64,000 nucleotides of DNA from Cercozoa sp. M6MM (taxonomy: Eukaryota > Protista > Endomyxa: Ascetosporea), in NCBI GenBank assembly GCA_040357565.1, contig JBDODJ010000053.1; one strand, 5' to 3'. Numbering within the stretch: the first letter of the stretch is position 1; each line of letters begins with the position of its first letter. Below are positions 59,297-64,000 of this stretch, one piece after another. Under the pieces are notes generated by a model. That model saw only the letters and a program-made list of their open reading frames with translations, made no database searches and had not been told where the DNA came from. A program made the position numbers and the translations under genes.

Positions 59297-61762
59297 GCGT
59301 GTGCGTGTGTGTGCGTGTGCGTGTGTGTGTGTGATTACGCGGGTGTGTGCGTGTGTGATTACGCGGGTGTGCGGGTGTGTGTGTGATTACGCGGGTGTGT
59401 GTGTGTGTGTGATTACGCGGGNNNNNNNNNNCGCGGGTGTGTGTGTGTGTGTGATTACGCGGGTGTGTGTGTGTGTGTCATTGACACAGTGCGCGACAAC
59501 GACGGCAACGTCTTGCAGGTATGCGGGTGTTAGGAGAGAGTGGTTCGCCATGAACTGGCTTATCGTTTCGTGTGTGCGCGCAGTTTGTGTTCGGCAACGA
59601 CGGCCAAGATGTGCAACAGGTATCCTTCTCTTTATTTGCGCGCCTTGTCCTCGTATATATAAAAGCGATACTGTGACAGGCACCGTACATGCGCAAGTTC
59701 GACTTCCTGGTCGAGAACATCAATGCCGTTCGTCATCGTCTCTCTGGCGGGTACCTGTTTTTGATCTGTCAAAAAGTGTCGTTAACACGTGTTTGCGCAC
59801 AGTGAGGGTCAGCAGGGCATCGAGCGTATCATCAAGACGGTCGATACCAAGACAGCCGGCCTGTGGAAGCAGCAAGCGGAGAAGGCGCAAAAACGACAGG
59901 CTCAAGTAGAGAAGGTATATGCGTGTGCGTGTCTTTGTTGGTGCTGTGTGTACTATATGCGCGCTACAGGCGCTACGCAAGAACAAGCGCGTCGAGAAGT
60001 CGCGTCTTCCTCCTGCGCAATTTCTGGTGCCTGCATTCCTGTGTCTGTGTGTCTGTGTCTGTGTCTGTGTGGGGTGTATCTTTCACTGTCGTAGGACCCG
60101 ATGCTGGCACACCTGCCGCCACAGTCGAAACTGGGTGTCGTTTCCGAGAGGTACACACATATGCTATCTATCTGTATTCTATCTCTTTGTATGTGGTGTC
60201 TGTGGTGTCTTTAATGCACAAATTTCGGTGTTGCAGTTTCGACTCGGCGCTCGAGGAATGGATTGCCGAGCAGCTGCAAAAGTCGCAGTCGGTACTCACT
60301 TCATTCGTGTTTGCTGGTGTGTTGCCTGACCACATATTTGTATCAACACAGGACGAGGTGCGTCCTGGCGTCTTGGCTGATGAGTTCCGCCGCCTGATGC
60401 ACTTACGCTGGCTCAAGAATTTGTGCCCGCCGGTAATACACCCGCATTTTTCTGTTGAGTGGTACGCAGATGCGTACGAAATGTAGGGCGAAGCAGTTGG
60501 TGTCGTGGCGGCCCAGTCGCTCGGTGAACCGTCAACGCAGATGACACTCAACACGTGCTTTGACCTGTTTCTGTTTAATCTGTTGAGACAATCTATTCCT
60601 ATGTGCCTATGAAGTTTCCATCTTGCCGGTCACGGTGGTGCCAACGTGACGCTCGGTAGCTTGTTGTTCCCCGATTTCAATGTGCCTGAGGATTCATGCC
60701 TGCAGGTATCCCGCGTCTGCGTGAGATTATCATGAGCGCGTCGCAGGACATCAAAACGCCGTCGATGGCCGTGAGCTTCTTGTCGCGCGCCCAGGAACAG
60801 CAGCGTGCGCAAGCCGAAGACCTCAAGGCTTCGCTCGGTACCCAGTGTTTTTGTGACTATGCGTGTGTCTTGAGGATGTGGTTCGCGCAGGAAAGGTCAT
60901 GCTCAAGGACATTCTGCACTCGATTGAAGTGCACGAGAAGGTCTCGTTCGGCGAAGGTTCCGTCGGTCGCCGTGTCTACACGGTTGCACTCGTTTTCGTC
61001 AAGAACATGCCGGTACTCCCACTTGTGGTCCAATGCGTACTCCCAGTTGTGTTTTCTTGTTAAGCACGTTTGAATGCGGAGCAGGTGTCACCCACGTGGT
61101 CGGCCATCAAGAAGGCGCTTGAAACCAAGTTCATTAAGTTCCTGTGCCGCCTCGTGTCCAAGGCGCCGTCTGTTGCCGAGGTACTACTCCCTGTCTCAGC
61201 TTCGAGCCCTTTCATGGGCCCTCGCACAATTTTCCGTTTTTCTTGCAGGGCGCGTCGGCGCTTCTGAAGACGGCCAAGGCAAAAACGTCATCGCGCAAGA
61301 AGAGCGAGAGCCCCAAGGTACGTGCTGCTTTGCCTTTTGGTCACATACGTGCATTGTGCGTTTCTGAACCGCTGCAGGACGAAGATGACGTTGATTCCGA
61401 CAATGATGACGAGCGTGAGGAGATCGATCATTCCGAAGGTATCAATCCGATTTTGCTGTATTGTGCTTGCGTTGTGCGCTTGTATATGTTTGTGTTTATG
61501 TTGTGTTTGTGTCTGTGTATTGTACAGACGAAGACGAAGAGGAAAGCGAAAGTGAGAGCGAGATGCAGGATGACGGTATCTACACTAAATGTTGTGTACG
61601 CGTGTCTGCATTGTACCTGTGTTGCCGCAGAGGCAGACGAGATTGCCACTGTGGGCGATGGTATGAACACAACCTCATAGTCGCACATTTTGCTCTTTGA
61701 CATGTTGTGTTTTCGCACAGAAGACCCGCACGACGTCACTGATGTCTCCACCGTTGGTACAA

Positions 61763-61812
<50 letters not shown>

Positions 61813-61822
61813 NNNNNNNNNN

Positions 61823-61870
<48 letters not shown>

Positions 61871-63562
61871 CACTGGTTGACCTGTAACACTCTTAGGTGG
61901 CTATGATTCGGATAACGAGCGTACCGACATCCGCTCTGCGATGACAGACGAACCGCGTGACAGCAAGGTTAGCTACGACGTTTGTGTTGGTGTCTTGTAT
62001 TTACGTGGCGCGTTATGTGTGCTCCACAGAAAACCGCCGAACCAGCAGTGTCACGCCGTGCCGCGAAACTGGCCTTCTCGCATCCGGTACCGAAATTTCT
62101 TTTGTGTGTTGTATATGCACGTTCTACCGTGGTGGCGTGCAGCTGCTGTCGGGTGTGTACTACACTCGGAAGCAACGAAAGAACCAGCATGATCGGTGCA
62201 GACTGCTTTGCAGAGTGTATCTTATTTTGTGTCACTTTTTAACTCTTTTTTGCAGATGCGAGGTGGCTTTATCGCTCCCGCTGTCAGCTGGCAAGGTACC
62301 ACTTGATTGAGATCGTGTTTATCTGCTTATTTGCTACTTGTGAAAAAGGTCCTGATGGCGTCGCTGGCAGAGCGTGCCGCCGAGCGTGTGGCCGTGCAGT
62401 CGACGCGCGGAATCTCCAAGGGCTATGTGGTAGACCATCATAAACAGTCTTTGATGACTTTCATCCCCTGTACACACACACGGTATAGGTGACGAGCGAG
62501 CCGCGTTTCCCTCGCTCGGGTGCCAAGCAGGAGGTTTTGCTGCAGACGGACGGTGTCAATTTCGATGTCATGTGGAAGCACGCTGATGTGATTGGTATTA
62601 CCCGGGTACATGCTGAAGCCTGCAATGTTGTGGTTGTACATTATGCTTGGCTTAGATGTGAATCGCATTCACACGAACGATATCGGCGCGATCTTGCACA
62701 CTTACGGTAGAGGCTCCTGTTGACGTAGCCTGTGTCGGTTTCAGTGTTTGTGTCTTGGCAGGTGTGGAGGCTGCGAATGCTTCGATCCAGCATGAAATTG
62801 CATCTGGTATGCACCGTTGAATAATTGCTGTCACTGTATGAGATCATGCGGTGCTGTTTTCCCGCAGTGTTCGGCGTGTACGGTATTGAGGTGGACCCGC
62901 GCCATCTGTCGTTGGTACTGCGCATTCCTTTTTGAACAGTGAACTTTGATTTATCCGTGCTGTGTCATGCTGTCTAAATTTAGGTGGCGGACTACATGAC
63001 ATTCGAGGGTGGCTTCCGTCCGTTTAACCGCATTGTATGTTTTGCTGTTAATTCTGCATGTATGTTGAAGTGTGGCATCTGCACGTGCGCTGTATTTAGG
63101 GTTTGAGCAACAACGTGTCGCCGCTTCTGAAGATCACGTACGAAACTTCGGCGCAGTTCTTGGTGAACGCCTGTGTCACCGGTGCTTGCTGATTTATGTC
63201 TGCTAGGCTGTCTGTGTTAAATCTGTATGTCTACAGGTGACGTGGACAACATGGAAACCCCGTCGGCGCGTATCATTGGCGGACACCTGGCCCGCACCGG
63301 CACTGGTATAGGATTTTGCGCTTCTGTTGGATATGCACGGTGGATGTGGGCGGAGTTGTAGGTGCGTTCGAGTTGCTACAGCCGCTGGAGATGCGCAATG
63401 TCAGTGATGATTCGGATTTTGAGGTAAATTGGTGGTCGATACCATTCTAAATTGATTTTGAGAGTCTGGATGTCATAGAGCGACTCGGAAAGTGAGGAGT
63501 CAGATTCTTCAGGCGATTCCAGCGATGTTGAGGGTATATTCACCTGCACACACACACGCGCG

Positions 63563-63636
<74 letters not shown>

Positions 63637-63888
63637 CATATACATGACACACATTTACGCACGCATGCAGTAGATTCGTCATCCAGTGGTGAGAATGAGA
63701 GTGACGAAGAGGACGAAACTGAGAGCGACGAAGAGGAGACGGCGACTCAAGACACCGGCGCTGGTAGCGAAGACGAGTTGGAAGCTGAATCTGAGAGTGA
63801 CGCGTCTTCGGATTCTGGGACGAGCAGCAACGAGTCCAGCGACTCCGACAGCGATTCCGAAGCATCGACTGCAAGCGACAGTGATTAG
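53216..63888 (+). CDS. RPA1: RNA polymerase I largest subunit with acidic C-terminal tail, spliced
   Basis: [14 protein letters not shown]...[152 protein letters not shown]. Confidence 0.97.
59261..59478 (+). repeat. Intronic (TG)n-derived minisatellite, unit GTGATTACGCGG(GT)n, with an assembly gap
   Basis: About 6 copies of GTGATTACGCGG within a (GT)n tract in an RPA1 intron. Confidence 0.9.
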
Positions 63889-63951
63889 TTTGTTAGTTTG
63901 TTACAGACTGACTCAGATTATGCATTCTCCGCGGGGATAAACCGAACCCAG
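63889..63951 (-). repeat. Dispersed repeat, copy 3, with (TAACAAAC)2 tail abutting the RPA1 stop
   Basis: TTAGTTTGTTAGTTTGTTACAGACTGACTCAGATTATGCATTCTCCGCGGGGATAAACCGAACCCAG. Confidence 0.75.
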
Positions 63952-64000
63952 ACCCCGTGATACAGGGGTCTAGAATGGTCTAGAATAATCTAACACATTT

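Noticed and set aside
63950-63985. Helitron 3' end (AGACCCC...GGGGTCT hairpin followed by CTAG)
   Set aside because: CTAG is followed by A rather than T, there is no 5' TC end or second copy, and it lies at the window edge.

Overview
Eukaryotic (protist, probably SAR; this is inference) genomic DNA. It is gene-dense and extremely intron-rich: introns are mostly about 50-80 nt GT-AG and exons mostly about 30-70 nt, so the ORF track is largely misleading. Manual splicing recovers 14 complete-looking genes: a BAR-domain protein, a TMX-type thioredoxin, USE1, a stand-alone dihydroorotase, DIS3L2, coronin, LKR/SDH (AASS), an SPFH protein, a multi-PH protein, a TUG/PUB-UBX protein, CWC22, RPB1, POLE2 and RPA1. 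There is also a probable partial gene at the left edge. The genetic code looks standard. Notable features: about 83 introns in RPB1 with near-periodic ~115-nt spacing; GTAC-dominated donors; intronic (UG)n tracts on the sense strand; a YSPTSPG CTD whose introns fall at only two heptad registers; RPB1 and RPA1 5.4 kb apart, with an acidic tail on RPA1; six compact head-to-head gene pairs; and, downstream of gene 3' ends, a 3-copy SINE/LINE-tail-like repeat, a MITE-like element and a hairpin-rich region. All gene models were spliced by eye, so boundaries need RNA-seq confirmation.
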